A DNA stretch of 64,000 nucleotides from Haliotis rubra (Eukaryota), in assembly GCF_003918875.1 (NCBI RefSeq), contig NW_025766969.1, positions 2,542,001-2,606,000 of the forward strand, written 5' to 3'. The notes below the pieces were generated by a model. That model was not told where the DNA came from and did not search any database. It worked only from the letters and a program-made list of their open reading frames with translations. Within the stretch, counting starts at the first letter, position 1. Every line of letters starts with the position of its first letter. Both the position numbers and the translations under genes were made by a program. Of this stretch, positions 40,267 through 53,995 are shown in pieces.

Positions 40267-40464
40267 GTACCTTTTAGTATGCTCCTTTACACTTTTGGAT
40301 GGGAAGGTTCCACAGGTTAGTGTTACGTTTGTTCCCACTTCACTGTGTCGTTGTAACAAAGTCAGACATATTTCTTCATATCAATTAGTCAGACATATTT
40401 CAATTTTACTTTCTCTGCGAGGTTGTGATGCAGTATTTAGTTTCTGTTGGTGAACGGATTTGTT

Positions 40465-40604
40465 AGGGTGATATGTTAGGTTAAAGCGTTCGCTGGTCAT
40501 ACCGAAGACCATGGTTCGGTTTCCCAGATGGTTGCAAGGTGTCATCCACCTTGATATAGGTGGAATAGTGTTTAGAGCAGTCTAAAACCATATACCCATT
40601 CGCT
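40465..40604 (+). mobile_element. Old family A SINE
   Basis: ggttaaagcgttcgctggtcataccgaagaccatggttcggtttccc is a diverged family A head. Confidence 0.6.
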
Positions 40605-40876
40605 GAGTATGTGCTTGTCAGTGTGTTCAGATGTAGGTAGACAGCATGAACATAATCTGAACGTTCGGACTGAATCATGCTGGCTATTCAGTGATACCTA
40701 TTTTACCAATAGAAATCTTATATTTCAGGGTATGGTAACGATTACGTGTTGGTTAATGTAATATAACTTAGTCACTTTGAGACCAGTCGCGACATGGCTG
40801 AAACAATGCCCATGCCAATGCCCCGTAAAATATAAAAAAACCAAAACAACATTTTTTATTCACTTAGTAGAATGTA

Positions 40877-40950
40877 CAGTGGATTCTGTATAATCCGACA
40901 CTCACTGGGATCGGGAAAAATGTCGGATTATACAGAGTGTCGGATAATTC
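40877..40950. mobile_element. Tc1/mariner (pogo/Tigger-like) transposon end
   Basis: TA followed by CAGTGGATTCTGTATAATCCGAC, with an internal inverted copy tgtcggattatacaga. The partner end was not found. Confidence 0.55.
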
Positions 40951-42976
40951 AATTTCTTCTTGCTTGAATACTTTTCAAACAGTACCATACATTGTAACTG
41001 TCTTATATCTTGGTAAATAAAGGGAAAAAAACAAATTCTGTATTTACATGTACATGTATATCATTGGATGTATTATCTCAAGTACAATATACATACATGT
41101 ACTGCTATGTATGTGCGTTGAAGTATGTAAGTAAATGCTATTGGATACCGGCATATTTATGTGAAATGTTTACAAACTTTATATGACCTTATTTACATCC
41201 TTATTATATATGATGTTGGTCACGCTATCTAACTGAAGCACTTTTTACGTTTCAGTTCCCTTGTTAATTTTGTAATGAGGTAAACACATTTATTGATAAC
41301 ATGGTGAAGGAACTTCGGTGGTGGCCTTGGTGTATCACTGTCACTACCACTAAGAATTGGGTACATGGGGTGATTACAATCAATTTCAGTGAATTTCTGA
41401 GACCATTTCTTGTTCATTTGAACCAATGGTTCAAGTGAGCGTATGTCACGGCTCTGTCAGTTGTCCATCCGTCCGTTTTTCCAGTTGTCCATCCGTCCGC
41501 TCTTCCAGAGCATTTATGGTTTCGGACTCTCCTCAGAAGCCTCAATGTCAGTCTTGGTTAAACACGAGCTGTCCTTGAAACGGTTGGTTTCAAATGGAAT
41601 TCACCTAATTCCGATCGGATCTCGATGAAGACGGAAAACATTGTACCAGTAGTGTTGTATTTGTCAGTATAGAGTTATTTCAGAATATGTAATAATATAC
41701 AGCATGGGAATGTAATGAACTGCTGAGATGTGCTATTATGCCTAGTCTACTTTCGTTTTCATCCATATTTGACTTTCCACATTTTGGCATTCTTTTATGG
41801 CATTAAATTTTCCGTATTTTCAACATTTCCTCGTTACCATTTGGTTATGAAGCTGTGGATTTGATACCTTTAATGTAATTTAAGAAAGGTCATGACTGCC
41901 ATATTGAAAATATCATTGTTACAGATGTTACCAAGGTTTACTGTTTGCTTCAATATTTTACAATTGTATGAAGTCATGTACTTACCATTTGTTGTGTGTT
42001 TCGGATGTGGTTTTCATGAACACTTTGCTAAAACAGATCTAGAAATGTTGCCTCTTCATAGCTGCTCTGTAACCATTTGCTTTGTGCAGCTGGGTACAGT
42101 AATGTGCCCAAAGAACTCCAGTCCAGCTCACAGCGTGTTGAAATATCATTAGGTCAAACTATTATCAATGTGTAATTCTAGGTATAATGGTTTTCTTGGC
42201 ACTGTACCCAGACTTTCTATTTTCATGTAGCCGTTTATTTTAACGTTGACATATGTCATAAAGGTGATAACGCCCCACAACATATACTGATGTCTGAATG
42301 GGTTTTTTGACAAACAGTGATTATAGTGCGTTTAAGACGGTAACAGTTTTCGGTAATTTGATTTGGGACTTTTGCATGACCATCTTTATTTCATATAATT
42401 CAGCAACATTTAGGTGAGCTACAGTGCCTCGTGGCTTTTTCCTTTGCTTAGATATGCTTGCTGTCGCTTTCTGTTTTTACCCTAAACCAACCTAAAAAGC
42501 GGACATTCAAAAGAACATATATTTTTTTCAGTTTTTTCCGCATTGGTCTATTCTATTCTTTGTTTATTCCATTATAGGATAGTTTTCGGCGTGTGCCTTA
42601 GGTATGTTATCACTGTGTTATGTCTCCATATCGACGTAACATGCTCTTTTGTATGACATGGGCTACAGAACCGTCAATACAAAAGTGTGCTTGTTTGTCT
42701 TTGGTGACTCACTGGAATACACTATATCATTTGTATTACTGTGTTATTCCACATTTTTTGCTTTTTAATATTCTCTTTAAATTGGAAAGGCGTTTTGGAT
42801 GTCGAGATTTGAATCTTTATGCTAGATGTGTTAGATGTGATATATATTAATATACATATAATATACGTTTGTGTGTAAGTTTTTGTGAGCGTGGATGATG
42901 AAAGGGGATTAATGCGAAATCATTTCTTTTTTAAAACGAAATCTTTTATTCATGTAACTGGTGATCTTTTCTGTAG

Positions 42977-43158
42977 GATTACCCATTCCAACGTCAGATG
43001 GCGCTGTGATAGAACCGGTAGTGACGTCACTTCCGTCTGGGAACGGAAGCACAACACCGACGTCCAACCAAGAACAACGAGCACTGGGGTCGTCCTCCCC
43101 GACAACAACCTCCCCATCAGCCCCAACTACAAACAATCTCGTTGCAGTAAATACATAG
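42977..43158 (+). CDS. Predicted terminal coding exon of Shaw (GLPIPTSDGAVIEPVV...NNLVAVNT*)
   Basis: atcttttctgtag| acceptor in phase 1, Ser/Thr/Pro-rich open frame to TAG at 43156-43158. All predicted exons sum to 2061 nt, i.e. 686 aa plus stop. Confidence 0.7.
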
Positions 43159-46100
43159 CTACCATCTACAACTACTCACACTTCATTATTTCAACATTCT
43201 GTCTGGAAGGAAAACTGCATCAACGCAAGATATATATTTAGATTGGCCGAAATCTTATTGCCTAACCTCCATGTGGGTGATAAATGACTTATGTTGCCGA
43301 TGTTTATGTGGGACTCAAGTTACCATAGCAACGTCAAGTCCCTTGATTTTTTTAAATGTTTTGGATTTTGCACCCGCAGTTACATTTTTCACGATATTAC
43401 AAAGGTGGCGGCGTCGTGCAAACATTTGCTACTATCACAACGCACACAGCGTATGCTGAGCTCAGTCAATGATGATGTCACTCTTTGGATGTCATACAAA
43501 TGCATTGCTATTTTCAAGATTCAACTTACCACATCTGCTTTAATCGTACTACATGGAGGCACCAGGGGCACTTGTGACGTGTTGTGGCTGGTTGTGATGG
43601 TGCTCAACCAGGGAAGGATGGCGATGTTTGGTGTGTCGCTATGGCTACACATCCAGGAGGGTTCCTTCAAACTTCCGCTTTGTGTGAATGGCGTCAGCAG
43701 CAAGTACTGCTGTTCCAAGTCGACGTCTTGTGTCATGCTGTGTTGCTTGTTGCTAAGTCAATGTGTGTATTTTTCTTTTCTGGAAACGACCACAAAGTTA
43801 GTATCAAAGAGTGCTATGATCAAGCTTTGATATTTTTGAAATTCTTGGGAGATGTAATTTTTTGAAATGTGAACCATGCATGACAATTTTGATTGCGAGA
43901 GTCGGGCGCCGTTCTCACATGGCGTCATCAATAGTGTTCAAGGTACAGTTTGAGTGAAGTCACAGTTCTCAAGGAAAAGATGTGACTCCGGTTGTACGTG
44001 ACCAAACAATGTAGATGCAGGTGAATGCCATTTTTATCTATTGGTCCGTGTTGTCGCTATCTGTCCCTGTCGCTTGGCCATCTGTCGCAGCTTCCGGTCA
44101 CGTGTAGAACCAGCTCACACCGCGCATGCTCAGCCCATGGTCCTGTGTGTAGAGAACTGAGTGTCATTCAAGATATATTTTTACACCTATGTGGCGTTCC
44201 TTCCCTGTATGGCCTGGTATTATTAAGTTGTAGCGCAAAGAAGTAATAGCGAAGCAGACATAAACAAATTCCATTTTATTATTCGGTGGTTTACCGTTGT
44301 GGCTCAGCGCCAAATATTCACGCTCTTTGTTGGATTTCGTGTAATTTCTGTGTTTCAATTTCAAAATTTAAAGGAGTAGAAAATTTTCACTTTATTTGCC
44401 AAAATCAGTACCTCTTACGCCTTTCTCCATTTTTATATATATGCACGTGTTTGTCAGCACATGTCCGAGGTCCGATCCTGGACAAAGACGTCACGGGGAA
44501 TCCCCATATCACCATGGCAACTCATGACGTATTCACCGTATCAAACATAATTATGAGCCATTACATCGATACATTAACAGCGCCTGAGGAAGTAGTATTA
44601 AACATCTGATCGATTACATCGATATTGGGAAGTTTGTGAAAAGTAGCATTTGTGATTGGCGCTGTCAATCAAACGCACGAAGAAATCCGACATATGTTTG
44701 ACACCGCGGTTGTGATTTCATTGAAAACTTGGATAGCCATTGACGCTCCTAGAAGTGACGTTGCTAAGAAGTGACATGGATACATATTTGAAGCTGTCGA
44801 TGAATGTTCATTGACATCCAGTGAGCGTATTTCCAGGACTCGCAAGAGGCGTTGTTGCTCAGAATGGGCGGGTCTGCTCGTCTATTTGGCACCTGCTTTA
44901 GATAAACTGATACCTTCGTTGGAAGGTTCTAGTACATTATTGACGATATACGTGATAATGTCACGTGATATGGTCACGTTGTCATCCACGTGATCTGAAC
45001 ATGTGACCGAGACACGATGTCTATCATCATTCTGGATATTAGAGTGACATTGTCACATTGTGACAATATGGCTGAGTGTACCATCACCAACGATAGATAT
45101 GGGACCGCATGGACATACCCACGAGTTCACGTGAAAATGTTCAATCATTAACCAGGTATGTGTCAGCATACTCACTGCTAACTAACTCATTCAGGGTAGT
45201 GCGGTAAGGGTTAAAGGATATATCATTTGTTGAAGTTGTACAAAACGGTGTAGAAAGAAACACTCCTTAAATGTTACATACCAAAATGTTGTTCACTTAT
45301 TAATTATTGAATACATTGTGATACTCATTGTTCAAATACTGTTCTGGAACTCGTAGGGCATTGGTTCTGTCTACACCGTTTAAAGACGTTAGTCTGTGTT
45401 AACCATTATTAGGTGGTAACCAACTGAACGATTAACCGGTGTAACAATGTTTTGTTACAGTGGGATAAGTAGATTTGATCCGATTGTTCGGGCAGTTAGA
45501 TTTAAGGCATTTCTGTATATCTAATGCCTCGAAAGCACCGCCATTTTGTCTTAGAGTAAGGAAGACACGTGACTTTGGTTTTCAATTCCTAATCATTATT
45601 CATTGAGTGATCGTGCACAGAATCTCGCAGACGTGATTGGCATGTGAGGTATGCCTAGCGTGCATTATAGAGTTATATCATACAGGTTATCTATGGAGAA
45701 TGATATATACATGTTATACCATGTTAAAGTATGGAAACATAGATATGATTAATATTTCTCCGGAAATATGGAAACTGAGAAAGTATTATGGAAAAGAGGC
45801 TCAAGCTTAGTTACATAATAGTCGCATCAGACAAAATGTGAATTATTGAAAGTAAATCCATTAAAATGTTTAATGTACCTGTAAAAGTGGATTGAACTAC
45901 TGACATTGCTTACCGATGTCACGAAATGTTGCGAAGAGAACCGAAAATTTCCGAGGAGAGCCGAACTCAGTTTCCGTAATTTTAGTCCTATTTCCCTGTT
46001 CACTTTGGTGTGTCAGTGTTTCCACTGGCTCGTTGCCTCAGCACTATTCCTTTACCATGTCAGTAATAATAGTATTGAAAGACATATAGGCCTTGATATT

Positions 46101-46650
46101 CTGCGCATGCGCCAAATCTCTCGAGAGATTATGCTGGCGTTTATACAACGAGTTTAGATTGCCTCGTTTTGGGCTTGGCCAGTCATTTCTCAGCGATTCA
46201 GGGACGTACATGTGTTCAAAATTTAAATGAGGGGCGTCACCCCGTGTTGCATGCTTTTCATGCTTAACAGAGCATGCGCATTATGTTTTCTCCATGACTT
46301 GGTTATACGGAGTAAAATTCATATCATTCCATGTAATTTGTTGGATAAAAAAGAATGGTGAATTCTTTCCAACAGACCTGGGCATAATTCATGCTGGGGA
46401 TGCATTCTTTAAAGGGGTCAGTGTGCATACTCACGTTGAATTGTCGCCGCGATTGATTGGAAGTCTTGCTGGGAAATGACAATGGCCGCACTTCCGTTTC
46501 CTGTACATATTCTGTTTAATGAGTTGAGTATATAAAGATTTGAGCAGAACATATTTGAAAATGTTACCAGAATTTGCACCTTCTAATTTTAGCTCATCGA
46601 AAACTACATGTTTCGACATTGTGGAAAATAAAAAATCGATTGAGTATAAT
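43159..46650 (+). other. Putative long 3' UTR of Shaw
   Basis: Repeat-poor unique sequence after the stop codon. The first AATAAA I found downstream is at 46627-46632. The end point is uncertain. Confidence 0.35.
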
Positions 46651-47724
46651 TGATGGTATTGTTATTTTTAAGGGAGAAATACGACGAAGTGTGTGAAAGA
46701 ATGCAACACAGCCATCACTTTGCTACCTCAACTAATTGTAACATTCTGTTACATGTCAAGTAACACAATAACTAAAGCAACACTACAGAAATACAGTTCA
46801 GCGTTAGACTCGCTCAACTGTATAACGGCCGAGCTTATAGAAAGTCAATGTGAAAATCTGCACATGAGAATCTGTGCAGAAAGTGCTCTGAACACCAGGT
46901 TCGTTGTAATGGAGCAAATGAACAAATGCTGGCTGAGGTCGATTATGTCGCTTCAAATCCGGGTCTCCAATACTTACAGTGAAAACGTGTACTACTAGGC
47001 TGCACTAAAACAGCATAAGATTAAGGATTCCATGGCATAATGCACACATGTAAGATCACGAAATATGCAAAAAGAGAAAATGAACTTGTCAAATGGCTAC
47101 TGATTTGGTTTCTGTCCGTGATTTATAAAATCCGACTTTTTTAGAAATCACAAACCGAAAAACAGAATTGGAATAGAATCCATTTTCTGGCAGCCATCTG
47201 TCATCCAAAGTCTGTCTACATGAAGGGTTTGCAGTTCCCAATGACAAGGCCTCAAATAATAATACCATTATATGTACATGTAAGGGTCACTTATTTGTTT
47301 GATCATAAACTTGGACTAAGCGATATGCCAAAACGTTTAAATAAACTGAGAAAGAAATCTGTTCAAAGCATGAAACACTCCTATAAACTTTTGACTTTAC
47401 TTTAAGATCTCAAGACAAGTCCATTCTTCATTTGTACTATATATTAAAGTGTAAAGTTGCGAACAACGAAAGACACATTGAAGGGTCAGCAAATGTACCA
47501 CCAGATCCTAATCTCAAAAATCAACCATAATCCTTCATACAATCCAAAGAGTACCCTCTCCACATGCACCAAAATAATTAAGACAAGTGAAATTAATAAC
47601 GTGTAGATTCTCAAATTCAATAGATATCCTTTGATTATTGCAATCTCGGTAAAGATTTTGTACACAACTATTACTCAAACCTTTCTGAAGTTTACCTAGT
47701 TCCAAGAGTTCCTCACAGATAAAA

Positions 47725-48792
47725 TCTGTGTGAAATTTAGAGATAAGACACCCATGAAAGTAGCTGTCATCTGTGTGAAATTTGGGGACCAGACATTTGG
47801 GCAAGGAGCTGGCATCTGTGCTAAATTTGGGAATGAGACATTTTGGCAAGGAGCTGGCATCTGTGTGAAATTTGGGGACCAGACATTTAGGCAAGGAGCT
47901 GGCATCTGTGCGAAATTTGGGAATGAGACATTTAGGCAAGTAGGTGGCATAAGTGCGAAATTTGGGAATGAGACATTTAGGCAAGGAGCTGGCATCTGTG
48001 TGAAATTTGGGGACCAGACATTTAGGCAAGTAGCTGGCATCTGTGCGAAATTTGGGAATGAGACATTTTGGCAAGGAGCTGGCATCTGTGTGAAATTTGG
48101 GAATGAGACATTTAGGCAAGTAGCTGGCATCTGTGTGCAAATTTGGGAATGAGACATTTAGGCAAGTAGGTGGCATAAGTGCGAAATTTGGGAATGAGAC
48201 ATTTAGGCAAGTAGGTGGCATAAGTGCGAAATTTGGGAATGAGACATTTAGGCAAGGAGCTGGCATCTGTGTGAAATTTGGGAATGAGACATTTAGGCAA
48301 GGAGCTGGCATCTGTGTGAAATTTGGGGACCAGACATTTAGGCAAGTAGCTGGCATCTGTGTGAAATTTGGGAATGAGACATTTTGGCAAGGAGCTGGCA
48401 TCTGTGTGAAATTTGGGAATGAGACATTTAGGCAAGTAGCTGGCATCTGTGTGAAATTTGGGGATAAGACATTTAGGCAAGGAGCTGGCATCTGTGTAAA
48501 ATTTGGGGATAAGACATTTCTTGCAAGTAGCTGGCAACTGTATGAAATTTGGGCAAGGAGCTGGCATCTGTGTGAATTTTGGGGATAAGACATTTAGGGA
48601 AGTAGCTGGCATCTGTGTGAAATTTGGGGTAAGACATTTAGGGAAAGAGCTGGCATCTGTGTAAAATTTGGGGATAAGACATTTCTTGCAAGTAGCTGGC
48701 AACTGTATGAAATTTGGGGATAAAACATTTAGGCAAGGAGCTGGCATCTGTGTGAAATTTGGGGATAAGACATTTAGGCAAGGAGCTGGCAT
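47725..48792. repeat. 45-bp minisatellite (tgtgtgaaatttgggaatgagacatttaggcaaggagctggcatc), ~24 copies
   Basis: Directly visible; 15-aa periodicity in the overlapping ORFs. Confidence 0.95.
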
Positions 48793-49879
48793 ATGAATCA
48801 GAATGAGAATCTGGCCATGAAGAATAACTTACGGTTCAGGAGGAGCTGATATCTTTATAGCAGTTGTAAAACATATTTAACACTTTCACTGGTTCATCTA
48901 TCGGAACTAGAAATAAAAGACACCTGTTAAAACGACTCATTTGTTTCGTAGGTAGTTCTGTGCGAAGCAGATTGAGACAGACAGAGGCAGGTTCATAGTG
49001 ACAATATAGTGACAAAACTAGATGACATAAGGGATGTCTTCAACCTTTTCGTACTTAACTATTAATAAAATTAGTGTCTTCTACGAAGATTTCAAACAGC
49101 AAACCACGATTGCTTCTTGATTTAAGACATAAGTAAGGCTAAAATGTTTGTTGGTAGAACTCTTGAGTAAGGTTCCAAATTTGAAGCGTAACATAACCAT
49201 TGTTGGCTTGCATCCCTTTACGGGTATGGGTGAACAAATGATTATTGCATGTGTTTGTGAGGGCTGGATACGTTCAGGACAGGATACGTTCATCTTGTTT
49301 GAACCCCCTGGTAGCATCACATGTTCATAAACACATGTTTGTGTATAGTCTCTAAAAAGGATTTCGTGTGAAAAATTGTATCGACGCTCCTATTAGTGCT
49401 TATGAAAGGGTTAATGATTTTGGTAGCTGTAGAACACGGAAATACCTAGCTATATAACATAACCACTGGACACAACCAGTTAAATACACAAATATAAAAC
49501 GTAATGACCTAACCTGCAGACACAGCAGGTTCTTACATACACTGCTATTACATCTGTCTGGTGGTACAATTGCCCAAAACATGAAGTTAATGATAAATAC
49601 GACAGACAGCATGGGCGTGTGATATAAAATCTTTTCCGAGCAAACATTGCGGTTTCCTGAAAAGATGCGGACATAAAATCCCCAATCCCGATTTTCACCG
49701 CCCTGGAGATATTACATCCGCTTCTGTCAATGGACATGACCTGATTTTCTGAACAGTGATTTACCGTATACCTCTTGACACATATATAATTTCAAGTTTA
49801 AACGATATGTACCCATTGGACGTGGAGGCAGTAACATTACCGCAATAAAACCTTTCATCAGCGTGTGACGACACACTCC

Positions 49880-52800
49880 TAGCACGTTAGTGGTATATTC
49901 AACCCCATACCTGACCCCCTGGCACGTTAATGGTATATTCAACCCCATACCTGACCCCCTGGCACGTTAATGGTATATTCAACCCCATACCTGACCCCTG
50001 GCACGTTAGTGGTATATTCAGCACCATACCTCACTCCCTGGCACGTTATTGGTATATTCAACCCCATACCTGACCCCCTGGCACGTTAATGGTATATTCA
50101 ACCCCATACCTAACCCCTGAAACGGTTATTTTATATTCAAGCCCATACCTCACCTCCTGAATCGTTTAGGGTGTATTCAGCACCATACCTGAACCCTCCG
50201 GAAACGTGAGGGTATATGCAAATTCCATACCTGACCCCTGGAACGTTTAGGGTATATTCAGCACCAATACCTGACCCTGGCACGTTAATGGTATATTCAA
50301 CCCCACACCTAACCCCAAGGCACGTTAATGGTTATATTCAACACCATACACGAGTCCCTGACACCGGTGACACGTTAATCGTATCTTCACCAATATACAC
50401 AACGCACGTTAATGGTATATTCAACACCATACCTAACCCCTGAAACGGTTATTTTATATTCAAACCCATACCTCACCTCCTGAATCGTTTAGGGTATATT
50501 CAGCACCATACCTGACCCTCCGGAAACGTAAGGCTATATGCAAATCCCATACCTGACCTTCTGGAACGTTTAGGGTATATTCAGCACCATACCTGACCCC
50601 CTGAAACGTTTAGGGTATATTCAGCACCATACCTGACCCCCCGAAACGTTTAGGGTATATTCAGCACCATACCTGACCCTGAAACGTTTAGGGTATATTC
50701 AGCACCATACCTGACCCACTGGCACGTTAGTGGTATACTCAATCCCACACCTAGGCATACCTGCTGGCCCCTTGCACGTTCAGGGTACATTCAGCACCAT
50801 ACCTGATCCCCCCGAAACGTTTAGGGGTATATTCAGCACCATACCTGATGCCCCGAAACGTTTAGGGTTACATTCAGCCCCATACCTGACCCCCTGGCAC
50901 GTTAATGGTATATTCAACCCCATACCTGACCCCTGGCACGTTAGTGGTATATTCAGCACCATACCTCACTCCCTGGCACGTTATTGGTATATTCAACCCC
51001 ATACCTGACCCCGGCACGTTAGTGGTATATTCAACCCCATACCTGACCCCTGGCACGTTAATGGTATATTCAACACCATACCTAACCCCTGAAACGGTTA
51101 TTTTATATTCAAACCCATACCTCACCTCCTGAATCGTTTAGGGTATATTCAGCACCATACCTGACCCTCGGGAAACGTAAGGCTATATGCAAATCCCATA
51201 CCTGACCTTCTGGAATATTTAGGGTATATTCAGCACCATACCTGACCCCTGAAACGTTAAGGGTATATTCAGCACCATACCTGACCCCCCCGGCACGTTA
51301 ATGGTTATATTCAACACCATACACGACTCCCTGACACGTCAATCGTATCTTCAGCAACATACACGACGCACGTTAATGGTATATTCAACCCCATACCTAA
51401 CTCCCCTGAAACGGTTATTTTATATTCAAGCCCATACCTCACCTCCTGAATCGTTTAGGGTGTATTCAGCACCATACCTGAAACCTCCGGAAACGTGAGA
51501 GGGTATATGCAAATTCCATACCTGACCCCTGGAACGTTTAGGGTATATTCAGCACCACACCTGACCCCTGAAACGTTTAGGGGTATATTCAGCACCTTAC
51601 CTGACCCCCAGAAACGTTTAGGGTATATTCAGCACCATACCTGACCCCTGGAAACGTTAATGGTATATTCAGCACCATACCTGACCCACTGGCACGTTAG
51701 TGGTATACTCAATCCCACACCTGACCCCAAGGCATACCTGAACCCCTTGCACGTTCAGGGTACATTCAGCACCATACCTGATCCCCGAAACGTTTAGGGT
51801 ACATTCAGCACCATACCTGATGCCCCTGAAACGTTTAGGTTACATTCAGCCCCATACCTGACCCCTGGCACGTTAATGGTATATTCAACCCCATACCTGA
51901 ACCCTGGCACGTTAATGGTATATTCAGCACCATACCTGACCCACTGGCACGTTAGTGGTATATTCAACCCCATACCTCACCCCTGGCACGTTGGTGGTAT
52001 ATTCAACCCCACACCTGACCCCACGGCACGTTAATGGTTATATTCAGCACCATACACGACTACCTGACACGTTAATCGTATCTTCACCAACATACACGAC
52101 GCACATTAATGGTATATTCAACCCCATACGAAACCCCTGAAACGGTTATTTTATATTCAAGCCCATGCCTCACCTCCTGAATCGTTTAGGGTATATTCAG
52201 CACCATACCTGACCCCCTGAAACGTTTAGGGTATATTCAGCACCATACCTGATCCCCTGAAACGTTTAGGGTATATTCAGCACCATACCTGATCCCCCGA
52301 AACGTTTAGGGTATATTCAGCACCATACTTGACCCCTGAAACGTTTAGGGTATATTCAGCACCACACCTGACCCCTGAAACGTTTAGGGTAATATTCAGC
52401 ACCACATCTTACCGCCTGAAACGTTTAGGGTATATTCAGCACCATACCCGAACCGCTTGCACGTTTAGGGTATGTTCAGCACCATACCTGATCCCCTGGC
52501 ACGTTTAGGGTATATTCAGCACCACACCTTACCCCTGAAACGTTAATGGTATATTCAGCACCACACCGTACCCCCTGAAACGTTTAGGGTATATTCAGCA
52601 CCATACCTGACACCCTGAAACGTTTAGGAGTCATTCAGCACCATACCTTACCCCCTGAAACGTTTTTAGGGTATATTCAGCACCATACCTGACCCCCTGA
52701 AACGTTTAGGGTATATTCAGCACCATACCTTACCCCTGAAACGTTTAGGGTATATTCAGCACCATACCTGACCCCTGAAACGTTTAGGGTATATTCAGCA

Positions 52801-53995
52801 CCATACCTGACCCCCTGAAACGTTTAGGGTATATTCAGCACCATACCTGACCCCCTGAAACGTTTAGGGTATATTCAGCACCATACCTGACCCCCTGGCA
52901 CGTTTAGGGTATATTCGGCACCATACCTGAACCCCTTGCACGTTTAGGGTATATTCAGCACCATACCTGACCCCTGGCGCGTTTAGGGTACATTCAGCAC
53001 CATACCTGATGCCCCGAGACGTTTAGGGTACATTCAGCACCATAACTGATGCCCCTGAAACGTTTAGGGTACATTCAGCACCATACCTGACCCCTGAAAC
53101 GTTTAGGGTATATTCAGCACCATACCTGACCCCCTGAAACGTTTAGGGTATATTCAGCACCATACCTGACCCCTGGCACGTTTAGGGTATATTCAGCACC
53201 ATACCTGACCCCTGGCACGTTTAGGGTATATTCAGCACCATACCTGACCCCCTGGCACGTTTAGGGTATATTCAGCACCATACCTGACCCCTGAAACGTT
53301 TAGGGTATATTCAGCACCATACCTGACCCCCTGAAACGTTTAGGGTATATTCAGCACCATACCTGAACCCCTGAAACGTTTAGGGTATATTCAGCACCAT
53401 ACCTGACCCCTGAAACGTTTAGGGTATATTCAGCACCATACCTGACCTCCTGAAACGTTGAGGGTATATTCAGCACCATACCTGAACCCTGAAACGTTTA
53501 AGGTATATTCAGCACCATACCTGACCCCTGAAACTTTTAGGGTATATTCAGCACAACACCTGACCTCCTGTAACGTTGAGGGTATATTCAGCACCATACC
53601 TGAACCCTGAAACGTTTACGGTATATTCAGCACCATACCTGACCCCCTGAAACTTTTAGGGTATATTCAGCACCACACCTGACCTCCTGTAACGTTGGGG
53701 TATATTCAGCACCATACCTGAACCCTGAAACGTTTAGGTATATTCAACCCCATACCTTACGTCCTGGAACTTTTTAGGGTATATTCAGCACCACACCTGA
53801 CCTCCTGTAACGTTCAGGGTATATTCAGCACCATACCTGAACCCCTGAAACGTTTAGAGTCATTCAGCACCACACCTTACCCCTGAAACGTTTAGGGTAT
53901 ATTCAGCACCATACGTGATCTCCTGGAACATTGAGGGTATATTCAACTCCATACCTTACCTCCTGGAACATTTAGGGTATATTCAAACCCCCTGT
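49880..53995. repeat. 39-40-bp satellite array (cctgacccctgaaacgtttagggtatattcagcaccata), ~100 copies
   Basis: Directly visible, ~4.1 kb. Confidence 0.97.

Noticed and set aside
43291-43830. 179-aa ORF downstream of the Shaw stop
   Set aside because: Starts at a non-ATG codon, Cys/Leu-rich random composition, no splice context; likely 3' UTR.
47535-48792. 352-, 226-, 153-, 151- and 140-aa repetitive ORFs
   Set aside because: By-products of a stop-free 45-bp unit; frameshifted within the array.
49880-53995. CRISPR-like appearance of regularly spaced, partly palindromic repeats (also 7578-8270)
   Set aside because: No unique spacers, no cas genes, eukaryotic context; these are tandem satellites.
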